A stretch of DNA of 64,000 nt, taken from the NCBI RefSeq assembly GCF_003918875.1, contig NW_025767268.1, forward strand, positions 868,001-932,000, read 5' to 3'. This document shows positions 1-19,300 of the stretch, piece by piece. Within the stretch, counting starts at the first letter, position 1. Every line of letters starts with the position of its first letter. The notes beneath the pieces are model-generated. The model was given only the letters and a program-made list of their open reading frames with translations. It was not told the origin of the DNA and ran no database searches. Made by a program: the position numbers and the translations under genes. Source of the stretch: Haliotis rubra. Lineage: Eukaryota.

Positions 1-394
1 CATACAGGTTATACACGTTTCATTATATGCTCATATACAGACATATACACCTGATACTTTGTATTATAAACAGTGTTCCATGGTTGTCAGTGAAACATAT
101 CATATGATACTTAAAGTAAGAACTGGCTTCAATGTTTATTTCCATGCATGAGGAACAAAACCCCTCTGTAAAAAGTATGTACACAATTTCTCTGTTTTTC
201 CTCCATAAAGCACAAACATTTATTCTATACCCATGTAAACTTAGGATAGTGATACAGGGGTGCAATACGGATGACGTGGTCAAATTCCATATTGCCCCCC
301 AGATTCTGTATTGAACCCCTACCACTACACTATGATTTGTTTGATTACATAACAGATTAATGCAAGATAAGAGGGTATATGATAAATATAGAAT

Positions 395-559
395 GTCATA
401 CTAGTGCATTTGGATGTTTTGTTTTGAACGAGAAGATGTCATGGGAGCAGAGAAACAACGAGTTCGAAGAGAAACAACGAGTTCGAAGAACGAGTTGTTT
501 ACTCTGCTCCCATGACATCTTCTCATTCAATACAAAACATCCAAATGCACTAGTATGAC
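395..559. repeat. Near-perfect palindrome (foldback element)
   Basis: About 70-bp arms GTCATACTAGTGCATTTGGATG.../...CATCCAAATGCACTAGTATGAC. Confidence 0.85.
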
Positions 560-859
560 GTTCTATATATATATTGAACAACAAATATCAATACATAAAT
601 ATAATCAGTCAAAAACAGAAATGTCTCTGACTGGTATTTAATTAATTACTATAAAAACATTGTAGACAAAGATATAGACTCAGGGACATTATCAAAAGCA
701 AAAATGCAAACAAACCCATTCTAGCATTCAGACAATCAATGACCAATTGTCCACAAGAGAGCAAAAACCTACTTTTTAAAATTGCTTCATTAGCCAAACA
801 TACACTATCAAATGACTTGCAATGTATTTATTCATCTGCACCAGGTTAATCACGAATAA

Positions 860-1270
860 AGTTTACCTGTCACTTGAGCCCAAACTCATATGTAAAGTTT
901 CAATTGGGAAAACGGTAGTCCCCTGTAATCTTTATCTGCAGACAGATTATTCTCACATGTAATCACCGCGTACGGGCAGATAAGTCTCACTTGTAAAATC
1001 CATCTGGGGCCTGGCTAGTATTAGATGTACCCTCCACCATGGGACACATTAGTTTCATCTGATTTTTATGTGTAACCCCCACCTGGTGACTACTAGTCTC
1101 ACCACTAATCTCCATCTAAGAACTAACATGTCTCACCTGTAATCTCCACCTGGGAACTTATGATTCTCACCTGTAACCTCCACCTACGTACGAATTAGTC
1201 TTACCTGTAATGTCCTCCTGTGCACTAAATAGTCTCACCTGTACCTCCCATGGGAACTAATTAGTGTTAC

Positions 1271-1285
<15 letters not shown>
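860..1285. repeat. Degenerate roughly 32-bp repeat overlapping an OSGEP exon donor
   Basis: CTCACCTGTAATCTCCACC-like units continuing from the exon end at 1271. Confidence 0.75.
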
Positions 1286-7319
<6,034 letters not shown>

Positions 7320-7632
7320 TCTTCTCCAGATGCAGTTGCGCTGAAGTCATAAAGATGAGATACAACACAAAATTCATGTGATCTCATGAACAAAGTAAGG
7401 CTTTAAGAAAGTATGTAAGTGGGGGGTGATGATGATTTAAATAATGAAGCATGTACATTGTGAATGACACCCCCCACCCACCCCCCTTAGATATATGCAC
7501 AAAGTGTCTGCTTGTCAGGTACAAAATCAATGACCCTTCCCACTTCCCATAATTTTTATAATCCTACAACTGTAAGTCATTGTCCTTTTAATCATATTTT
7601 ACAAGGGGCCGGGGTACGGGTGGAACTCTTAC

Positions 7633-8676
7633 CCCAAACTCTATTCCGGAAACTCTAACTGTTGAAAGGACACGCCGAACCAAAGCGGTTGGATGATTCC
7701 AATTATTACACACGTAATGACTGAAGATGATGTTATATTGCGCAAAGATGTATAATATACGTCACATCACAACAACAAACACATGTGCTTCCTCACCGGA
7801 AGTAAATACTTCTAGGTTGTTTCAAAATTTCGATGGAAATCAAACGAACCGTGAGCTACATACTTTAGTGGTTCAGTATCTTTAAGTGAATATTTACATG
7901 TATATATCCAAGAAAATTTTGTTTCCTCGCATGCTTTGGTTCAGTACACCGACACTCATACAGTGAAATTTGTATATTTTTTCTTACTTAGTTACGTAAC
8001 TGGAAGCCTTTTACCATACACTGTTGACCTCACGCAGAGACATGTCCTCGGTATATGGTCTCTGCCTCACGATTATAATTTTATGATGTCTTTTATGTTG
8101 AAATATCTGGCGATCACATCGACATTTTTCGAATAAATGTTGCGAACTTTGTGCTTTAAAAATTCTCTTTCTTAGTAGTTTCCCATAACATTCAACTGAT
8201 GTAAGTTGTAACATATTATTTTATTTTGCCATGCATATACTACATGTGCTAGGGTGAGGAGGTATAAAATCATGCGTAATTTATTGCTTCTTACAACGTC
8301 CAATGTCGGTACCAAATTAATCGGATTAAGCTAATTAGCTTCCACGAAACAAAACATATTTCATCGCTCCGTTACATGCATTCGTAACCAACCAGTGTTG
8401 TTTGAAGTCGCAAACAATGTGGCTTGCAGGTTACGGAAATGAGCGAGTGGTGACGAATGTATGTGGTGACCTGTCACGAATCGGTCACGAATGTGCTAAA
8501 GCACAAGAAAGTCGCGGCTTACTGATCACGTGATATGTCTATTTTTACACCGGCACGTGATTTTTGTCATGTGACTCCGGGCACGTGATTGGATTGATAG
8601 ACTAGTAAAGGAGCACACAGGACATTATCTGTCCAGTCGTACTGTAAGAATTCCCACGCCCGTCTGCTCACAAGAG
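7633..8676. promoter_or_regulatory. Putative bidirectional promoter OSGEP/CTSA-1 with candidate non-coding first exons
   Basis: Minus-strand donor GTAAGA at 7632 with acceptor at 7341-7342 just before the OSGEP ATG. ETS motif ACCGGAAGT at 7795-7803. Plus-strand donor AG|GTAGGT at 8677 with acceptor at 10378-10379 just before the CTSA-1 ATG. CpG-richer than the flanks. Confidence 0.6.
8525..8592. promoter_or_regulatory. CLEAR/M-box/E-box cluster (MiT/TFE-type sites) plus inverted CCAAT box
   Basis: ATCACGTGAT 8525-8534, GCACGTGA 8553-8560, GTCATGTGAC 8566-8575, GCACGTGA 8581-8588, ATTGG 8588-8592, all immediately upstream of a lysosomal enzyme gene. Confidence 0.75.
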
Positions 8677-10389
8677 GTAGGTTATCTCTACTGATAATCG
8701 GTTCGAGTTGAAACACTCGGTAGCCCTGCATTCGACCTTACAAATTGTTGATCGTCATTGTAAAATGATGAATCACGTTCTCTTTCAGTTTCGTTTCTAC
8801 GTTAAGTAAGTTTTAAAAAACATGAATTTGTTATGTATCGATAGGAGTAGTATCAATACCTTAGAAATGTTAGAGGCGCATGTTGTCTGCAGATAGTCCG
8901 ATAGACCTAAGATCATCACGATATAGTATATTGACCCCAGGCCCAGTTTCTATTATCTTAGGTCAATGTTGTATGCAGCTGCTATTAAAGTTAGTATATC
9001 GTCTTACAGCTACGATAGTCCCTGAACCACATTAATTTCCCTACTGCCAAGCCCTCTGTGCAGTGCTAAAGCCCTAAATAAAGCAATCCTAGATTTCCTC
9101 AGGTCTGAATCTCTGGTCTCCCTAGGGTTCCTTTTCAATATAAATGAGCTTGTTTGTTACTATCAAAATTATACAATGTATATATTCAGAGACTAAGCCT
9201 TAGTCTACTACGATCACTTTGGTGAGCTGGGCTCAGGTCATGAGAACCTGCAATTCTAGTGGGAGGTTACTGCGTAAATATTGATGCGAATGTTTCTTGT
9301 CATCAAGTTCGTTTTAGTACATGTCATTTACATATAACATTATACATATGTATGGAACCAGGAAGTATATATCGATAATGAATGGGTCTGCATGTAACAG
9401 GCCTAACCTACTATCATGCACAGTGTCCTACATTGATACATACTGTAGTATACATGGTATAATTGATGTACACTTAAGTTTCTTTTCAAATGAATGTAAT
9501 ATTACTAATAAGAACTGCAGCAAGTATGACCAATGTAACTCTAGATTCAGCTTTGGGGCATATTTTAATTAGGAACAACAATCAGACTGTAATTGTTAGA
9601 ATGTGTCCCCAGTCCTCGTCAGGATGAACTTTCAATTCAATCAGCTATTTACAGTTCAGACATGGCATGTATATGTTGACATTGACCTTTATAATTGTAA
9701 CAACATGCCAAAGCCTGTTTGAATGTGCTGGTAATTAAATCTTCCTACTGTTTCTGTTTTATGTTACCGGTAATTATCAGCCACCCTTAAGTAATTACAT
9801 ATGACTATGGCTACATAGCTTTGTTCTGGAGATAATCCCCTGCATAAAGAAGTATATGGATAATTACATGGCCTTGTTTTTACTTTCTTGATTTTGATGC
9901 TTACAGAACATAATTACTGTGAAATTAAAAGACTACATTTTTTATTCAAGCATATTTTACTAGGGGCTTGGCATGTGAAAGCTGCTTCACAACATTTCAG
10001 CAATCGTAATGCTCTGATCATTGCCTAACTACAGTATTTCTTAACCTGACTAAATGGAGCTTTTGACACTCAGAACACCAATGTAATACGATGCACTTTA
10101 TAACATTATGAGAAGCCAACAACAAGCTTCCTTGAGGATATTGAGTCATGAACATAAGTAATTTAATCTGGATCCTTATCTAGAACTCCACATTTCTATG
10201 TTTTCGGTAGCAAGATTGATGCGATGACTAGTTGTCAACTAGTGTCTGATGTTTCTAGTCAATTGAAGTTTCATGTGTAATGTGTTCCAGGCCATAAAAA
10301 TTGTGTCTTCTCAACTGGGCTTTGAAATGGAAATTCTACTTGTTTTAATGAATACTTTTTTTCTCCCTCTGAATTTTAGACTTGATAAC

Positions 10390-13300
10390 ATGGCTCCTAG
10401 CTTCCTAGCACTGGTTGCCATGGCAACAGTGTGCTGTGCTGTGGTTCCGGAAGATGAAATAAAAATGATGCCCGGCTTAAGCAAGCAACCATCATTCAAA
10501 CAGTACTCAGGGTACCTCAAAGCATCTGGTACAAAGAAATTGCACTACTGGTGAGGTTGATTGCATATTGTTTGAATTCAAACATAATTTCAAATTATAA
10601 CCATTGTATTATTTGTGAGTAGAAGTTTTTGTATTGAGGTGAATCAGGAAATATGCATATATTTTAAAGTGAATGAATCTTTAGTATGTATAAGTGCGTG
10701 TCAGTGTATTTCTTTTGATACATGTTGTTCAGTTCGTTAATACCAGCCAGGTGCTGTCACCTGGATACCTGCCATTAGGTGCCAGCCCTGCACTATTGAC
10801 ATGATTACTGGGTTACCTCCCATGAGGGGCAAGCCATGTGCTGTCACCAGGGTACCTGCCATATGGTGCCAGCCATATTGTATCACCAGGTTACCCTCCC
10901 ATGTGGTACCAACCGGCCGTGTACTATCACCGGGTTACCTCCCCTGAGGGGCAAGCCATGTGCTATCACCAGGGTACCTGCCATATGGTGCCAACCATGT
11001 TGTATCACTGGGTTTTGATTAGGTATGACATAAGGCAGAACATACCTGCTGAGTAAACTTACTCAATGACATAATACTTAGGTGAGTAAAATGACTGAAA
11101 TACGCACATATTTGAAATCAGTGGGTAACGGAAAATGAAATACCCACTCAACATTCATAATACCCACTCCCCAGTAATACAGTGGGTACTGATACATAAA
11201 GCTATATCAATCTGGAGCTCAGATACCATTCGACCCACTCCATGCAAAATGGTGATCTGTATGGACCATATGTACCACCAGGGTACTGCCGATCTATCTG
11301 CACAGTTCATATGTAGAAGTATATACCAGGACACGTTCCTCATGCATGGTGATCTGTATGGACCATGTGTACCACCAGGGTACCTGCCACGTCTACTTCA
11401 ATCTGCACAGTTCATATGTCGAAGTATACCAGGACACGTTCCTCATGCATGGTGATCTGTATGGACCATGTGTACCACCAGGGTACCTGCCACGTCTACT
11501 TCAATCTGCACAGTTCATATGTAGAAGTATACCAGGACACGTTCCTCATGCATGGTGATCTGTATGGTCCATGTGTACCCACCAGGGTCCCAGCATATGT
11601 AATGGCGTAGTGTTGTTGCAGGTTTGTGGAGTCCATGAACAACCCTGCTACTGACCCAGTAGTACTGTGGCTCAATGGCGGTCCAGGCTGCAGCTCAGAC
11701 CTGGGACTTCTTACAGAAAACGGACCTTTCAGGGTAAGTGCCGATGAACATATGAAAAAATTTGATCGATATCAGTCATGTTAAATAAACTGCCACTTGC
11801 ATTTTTTGGTGCTCTCTATTATATATCACATTGGTATGATTACAGAGATGTCAGTAGGATTTCAGTGATGAGTTTCAGATTCAAGACGAATGAAGGCATG
11901 GGGGCTAGAAGGATGGCAACCAGATTATTTAAAAATATCGAACATTGTTAACCAGAGTTAAAATACCTTCTTTTTTGCCCAGTAGTATCTGAAGTACTTT
12001 AACACTGTATTCAGTGCTGACCATTTTCTTATTTTGACCTGCAGTTTAATAGCCAGTTATTATCACCTGACTTTGACTAGACCAAATGGAAAATTCGATA
12101 TTCAAACTTGTAAAATGTACCAACATTCCTTTGACATGTTTAAAACATGATAATACTTGTTGGATTAACAGTGTGTTTTTACAATTCATAAAACTAATAT
12201 TCATTTCAACATCTCCAGTATCCCTAAAGCTTGACAATGACAAGGTATGTAGTTAGAAGGATATAATATTTACGGAATTATTTAACTATTCCAGGTGATG
12301 CCTGATGGGAAGACTGTGACGTACAGTAAGACCAGCTGGTCATCGGTAAGAAGTTGATACATAGTGATACTCACTAATAAGTACACACTGTTCTTTATAA
12401 CTGATCACATGGAAATCCCAAGGTAAAAGTTGGTCCCATTCAAGACGTGTACACTACACCCTGTCTGAGTGTATATTGAAATGTAATCAGAAATACATCC
12501 TTTACAGTAATACTGACAATTTTGGCATTCATTGTTTATCCCAATTAACTATGGTTGTCACTAGAGACGATTATGTGGATCAATTGTTTAGCATGTATGA
12601 CATCTTAAGTTGTTTGTCATAATACCAAGATGGCTTGGCAGTGTTGTTGAGTACACCAATCACTGATGATTCTGGTTCAAGACTGGATTGTTCGACGGCC
12701 ACTGAGTTGAATGTTGCTGTGTGTAATGTCAAGTCTGCATATTAAACTTAATTAACATCATGGCCTGTTTAGCTGTATGCCATGAATGATGTTTACCATT
12801 TTTATGATGTTGTTTATGATGCTATGTTTGTTGCTGCAGGTGGCCAACATGCTGTGGCTGGAGGCACCTGCAGGTGTGGGGTTCTCCTACTCAGATGACA
12901 AGAATTACACGACAGATGATAACGAGGTGAGTCTGTTTTTCATCCAAGCAAAGACAAGACAATTTACATCTGCTCTGTGCGCACATAGCTGGTTGTCTGC
13001 CTTTTGCTCTTTTACCACAAAAAGATATGGTCATGTAATGTCTGCTCTTGAGAAACACACAGGTATGGCCATGTACGTTTGCTCTTCAACCACTCAGTGA
13101 TAGGGCCATGTACGTTTGCTCTTCAACACACAAAGATAGGGGTAGGTGCGTCTGCTCTTCAACCCCTCAAAAATAGGTCCATGTACGTTTGCACTTCAAC
13201 CCCTCAAATATAGGTCCATGTACATCTGCTCTTCAACCACACAACAATAGGGGTAGGTGTGTGTGCTCTTCAACTCCTCAAAAATAGGCCCATGTAATCT

Positions 13301-16300
13301 GCTTTTCAACCCCTCAAAGATAGGGCCATGTACGTCTGCTCTTCAACCACTCAAAGATAGGGCCATGTATGTCTGCTCTTCAACCACACAAAGATAGGGG
13401 TAGATGCGTCCGCACTTCAACCACACAAATATCAGATGTCACATGTCAGTATGTCTTTGAAAACTCTTTATGAGTGAGTGAGCGAGTTGGGCTTTACGCT
13501 GCTTTTAGCAATATTTCAGCAAAATCACAACGGGGGACACCAGAAATGGGCTTCACACATTGTACCCATGTAGGGAAACGAACCCGGGCCTTCGGGGAGA
13601 TGGGTGAACGCTTTGACCACGAGGCTACCCCACCGCATCAAAACTCTTTTGGAACATCACTCTTAACATTTAAGATATCTTTTCAGCACCTAGTATTGCT
13701 CTTGTACCAAGCTCTGCATGTGATACTGATTTCAGGTTGCCCGCGACAACTACCTGGCCCTCAAGGACTTCTTCTCCAAGTACCAGAACTACTCCAAGAA
13801 CGATTTTTTCATCACTGGAGAGAGCTATGGAGGCATCTACGTGCCAACCCTCAGTTCCCTTGTGGTAGACGACAAGGATATCAACTTCAAGGTAAAATGG
13901 TTAACAATTCACTCCTAGTACATGCTGATATTCGTGAAATTAGTGTGCACACATTAAACGTGAAAGATGTGAGTGTCCTTCTCTTGCATGAACACAGTCA
14001 TGGTATAGTGAGTGAGTGAGTTTAGTTTTACGCCGCACTCAGCAATATTCCAGCTATATGGCGGCGGTCTGTAAATAATCAAGTCTGGACCAGACAATCC
14101 AGTGAGCAACAGCATGAGCATTGATCTGCACAATTGGGAACCGTTGACATGTCTCAACCAAGTCAGCGAGCCTAACCACCTGATCCCGTCAGTCGCCTCT
14201 TACGACAAGCATAGGGTTACTGAAGATCAATATTCTAACCCGGACCTTCACGGGTCCAGTCATGGTATGTATGTATGTATGGAGATAGTAAGGTTTATTG
14301 TCGTCCACAATTCTTTTAACCATTAGGCCACCTTGCCCCCTAAATAACCAAGAGAATTTAGCTGTAGACAAAGTGCTTTTTACTAGGTACCATATTTGGG
14401 AGCTTTACACATGTCTACAGTCACTAAAGCCCCAAATGGGGTTGTGGTTCCGATTTCTACATTTCAGAACTAGGGTAGGTAGGTAGGTTTTTTGTTTTTT
14501 TGAAAAAAATATTTACATTACTCATGTGTCAGAAAATAAATTAAATTTATTATGTGGTGAGTAAAATTGTTAGGCTCCTCGGGAATATTTAGGGTCGGTC
14601 GGGAAATCAGAACCACAAGCTTTTTTTCTTTAGGCCTAATGACACTTGATGACATCAATGTTGAAATCTGGAAGAAAGTCTGGAATCATAAACAACACTG
14701 ATGTAGGTTTAGACAAGAGTTGGCACTCAGCCACAGCCAGCCCCCCCAAAATGCAGTGATACGAAACCAGAACTGTCAGTCACTCTGGAGTCTCAGTATA
14801 TTTTTGTTTGTTTTTCAGGGCATGGGAATTGGTAATGGACTCTCCAATGACAAATTCAATGACAACTCCCTCCTCTACTTTGCCTACTACCATGGACTGA
14901 TTGGAGACAGGTGGGGTAGTCAATGTGGTATCTCTCTTTAGGCATATCATTCCATACCTTTTTCGTGATAAACTGAAATGGTGTCATTTTCCTGATAAAA
15001 GTCTTTGCAGTTGAAAATTGTTATAAATTTTGTCAAATTGATTCATAAATTATGTCAAATTGAATCATAAATTATGTCAAATTGATTCATAAATTATGTC
15101 AAATTGAATCATAAATTATGTCAAATTGAATCATAAATTATGTCAAATTGAATCATCTCCTGTCTGTCCTTCTGTAGACAACATTGTACCCTTTGGACAC
15201 TTTATAGATATAAATTGAATTGCTTTTGAAGGTTTATTCCAGGGGTTTGCGATACATGTTGGGCCGCTTTATAGAAGGTGATATATGGAATCTTGACTTT
15301 ATTATTATTATTAATATCTGTGTGCTGAGATTGGTGTGTTTTGAGGTCATGTTGTACATGTTCTGTTTCAGTGCATTCAAGGACCTTCAGAAGTTTTGCT
15401 GTTCGACCAACTCCACTGAGAGGTGTTACTTCACGGACAAGATGCAGGACCAACAGTGTCAGAAAGTGGTAGGTCTAGCTACCTCACTACTGTTGTATTT
15501 CCCAGGAGAGCTTTAATGAAAAAGAAGGTCCTCAGTTTTATTCCTGACAAGAAGAGCAGACGGATGAGGGATGGCGGTCTGGACCAATGCTCATGCTCTC
15601 TGACATGTGACCCAGATTTGATTATTTGCTGTCTCACATATTACAGGAATATGATTTGGCTGAGCATTAAACAGTTTGTGTTTCTTAAGAGCAGAAATTA
15701 CATGACCATAACGTTTTATGGTTTAAGAACAGACGCACACTGCAGCTGTTAAATTAAATACTGACACAAGCACTGAAATATTTTACCATGTTTGATCACT
15801 GTTCTGATACCCCGACAAAATGGCTTCACCAACCTCCACTATCTGGTCTTTAAATGGCATTTAGAAGTGATATGCAAGAGGAAGAGAGTTTTATCGTTGT
15901 CAACATCTTTGTTATGAGGAACACAGCGTTTCAGAGTTATACTTGGATGTCAACTTCTTTATTCACCTGATGAAGGAGTAAGGATATACTCTGAAACATT
16001 GTGTTCCTAAAGAAGTTGATGTCCATAAAACTCTCTTCTCCACTATCATGACTTTTGTTTCCAGGTGACTGCAGCATCCAGTGTGGTGTATGCCGGGGGC
16101 CTCAATATCTACAACCTCTACGGGGAGTGTGCTGGAGGTGTTATGTCCAGGAAGAGACCAAACTCTGACGTTCTAGAGTCATCTAACTTTGGTTATCCAT
16201 TCGGATTTCTGGAAAGTGTCAGGAAAGATAGAATGGTAACCTCATTCAGACAAATGTTGAACAGAACCAATGATACTATTTACCAACTAAACCAGACACT

Positions 16301-19300
16301 TGCCATTTTAAGGACTTACATTCCATCATTCAAGGGCAATGACTGTTGACTTAGTTTTCAGTTTTATCAAATTATTTTAACACTAATGTTTTCTTTGGAA
16401 ATCAAATAATAATCATGATATTATAATGTATAGTTTCCTGTGATACATGACCTGACACTACAATTCCAGAGATAGAAGCTGGTATGATGAAGAGGAACAT
16501 TTTTATAGATAGACAACTTCTTTGTTTCAATAGATGATATGTTTCAGTGTACATCCTAACACCGTTATCAATCGAGTCCTGTCTGACTGCTTGAATCCTC
16601 TGTTCATCACTTGCTTGATAACGGTGTTAGGATGTACTCCGAAACATCGCATCTGTTCAGTTCCAGAGATGTCAACAGTTACAATTTGAGTCGGAAATGA
16701 TGCCAGTAGTTAAGGTATGACAGATTAGCTATAGTTACTAGAAGCCTTAACTTCTTTTGTGTAGTATACAATGTTGTTCAATGTGTCATGATGTACCAAA
16801 CTTTCTGTGTGTTGATGTTGCTGAAGCAGTTGGCTCTACTGTTACAGCGGATGAAGTCGGCTACTAAGCTGAAGGTGGACCCACCATGTATCGATGCCAG
16901 GAACGTGGCCAAGTATCTCAACTCGGAGCAGGTGAGGACAGCCATCCATATCCCCAGCGTGGTACAGCAGTGGGAGACGTGTAGCGGGGAAGTCGGCAGC
17001 CACTACGTCAGAGTCTACAGCGAAGTTTCTGCACAGTACAAGAAGGTTCTTGCTGCAGGGGTACGTTGTTGTTTTTGAGGTCATAACCCATGAAGATCGG
17101 GGTTAGAATTGATCTTCAGCAACCCATGCTTGTCGTAAGAGGCGACTAACGAGATCGGGTAGTCAGGCTTGCTGACTTGGTTGACACATGTCATTGTATC
17201 CCATTTGGGTCGATCGATGCTCATGCTGTTGATCACCTGATTGTGCAGACTCTACTGCCACCATATAGCTGCAATAGTCCTGAGTGCGGCATTAAACAAC
17301 AAACAAACAAACAAATATGTTAAGTCCTTTTCTCCTCTATGGGGATAGAATGGCTGGTTTCCAGCATTCAGTATCTTGTTGTATTAGGTGACTAAATGAT
17401 TGCTCAGGCTTTGTGATGGTGTGTCATCAGACCGTGACATTATGAGACTTTGAATGGCTGACGAAGGCTTCATTAATTGCACTCAGTCTTATATAATGTG
17501 GGACTTTCAAAAATTTAGTTTCAAGAAATAATAAAATAATTTTGCTGGTTGCCATGGAACATGATTTACAGGAACACCTATGCTTTTCAGAAAAGAGTGC
17601 TGGTATACAATGGTGATATCGACATGGCTTGCAATTTCCTCGGCGATGAATGGTTCGTGGACGGTCTTGGCATACAGGTGAGAATACTGGACTGTGTTCT
17701 GAATACCTGACTGACCCTGGTTTATGGAGCGTAGACCCTTACTTATCTTTTCAATGGCCTCCCCAGTTTGTGACAAAAACAGAGCTCACACAAAAATCTG
17801 CCTAACACTGGTAACTTTAGATATATAGTTCTGCAACATAATACATAGATCTGCAACCTCAATACATGCTTGTTGTAAGAGGCGACTTTCTAGATCAGGG
17901 GGCCAGACTCAGTGACTTGGTAAATGCATTTCGAAGTATCCCAGTGTCTCATATAGATGCTCATGATGGCAATCACTTGATTGTCTGGTCCAATCCTGAT
18001 TATTACCCTACTGATATAGCTGAATCCTTGCTGAATGTGCTGTGAAACAACAAACAAGCAACATGTAGTGCCATCTCAAGTGTCCTGTGGTATAATATTG
18101 CTGGAATATTGATAGATGCCTACTCTGACACTAAGCCTGTGGAACTTACATGTCTGGCGTTTCATTACGAGCCTTACAATGAATGGAAATACTGATACTT
18201 TACACATCAGCTCTTGTTCCCATTGAAGCTGTGTAAGTGTATGTATTGGTCTAAAAGCAGGAGTCACAGTTTGCCAGGACATTGGACTTCATTGTGTATC
18301 CTGTTTCAGAACCCGTCCGCCAGGAAGGAGTGGTTCTACAAGGCGGAGGACGGCACAAAGCAAGTGGCTGGATTTGTGAAGCAGTATGACAATCTTTCCC
18401 TAGTGACTGTCAGAGTAAGTTGTCTTCATGGCTTTCCACGTGTGACAGTGTGTGAAGAAGAAGAACAAATTTGTGGATTGTCAACTCCTTCAATACAATA
18501 GATGCGATGTTTCAGTGAAGATGTCAATTCATAAACTCGTTCCTCTTCATCATACCAGCCTCTAAATGCCACTTAAGGAAGTGTGTGAAGAAATATATTT
18601 TGGTAACATTGTGGATGAGTACCTTGCAAATCTCTTATCTCTGACATTCTCAGAATGACTGAGCCACTTTCATCACCTGTATAAGTTATCTTACATGAAA
18701 GTAACATACATAGTATCTTATTGTGACTCCTCTGTATAATCTGATTCACCTGACTCACCTGTGGAATCTGATTCACCTGTATAATCTCATTCACCTGACT
18801 CACCTGTATAATCTGATCCACATGACTCTCCTTTATAGTCTGATTCACCTGTATAATCTGATCCACATGACTCCCCTTTATAATCTGATTCACCTGACTC
18901 ACCTGTATAATCTGATCCACATGACTCACCTGTATAATCTGATCCACATGACTTCCCTTTATAATCTGATTTACCTGACTCACCTGTATAATCTCATTCA
19001 CATGACTCCCCTTTATGATCTGATTCACCTGACTCACCTGTATAATCTGATCCACATGACTTCCCTTTATAATCTGATTTACCTGACTCACCTGTATAAT
19101 CTCATTCACATGACTCACCTGTATAATCTCATTCACATGACTCCCCTTTATAATCTGATTTACCTGACTAACCTTTATGGTCTGATTCACCTGTATGATC
19201 TAATTCACATGACTTCCTATGAAATCTATTTCACCTGTATAAACTGATTCACTTGACCTATCAGTATAATCTCTGAATCTCCTGATGTATATGTGTGGCT

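Noticed and set aside
13474-14019. 181-aa ORF
   Set aside because: SINE antisense sequence plus an off-frame reading of CTSA-1 exon 5.
18573-19247. 205-aa and 174-aa repeat ORFs
   Set aside because: Intronic minisatellite.
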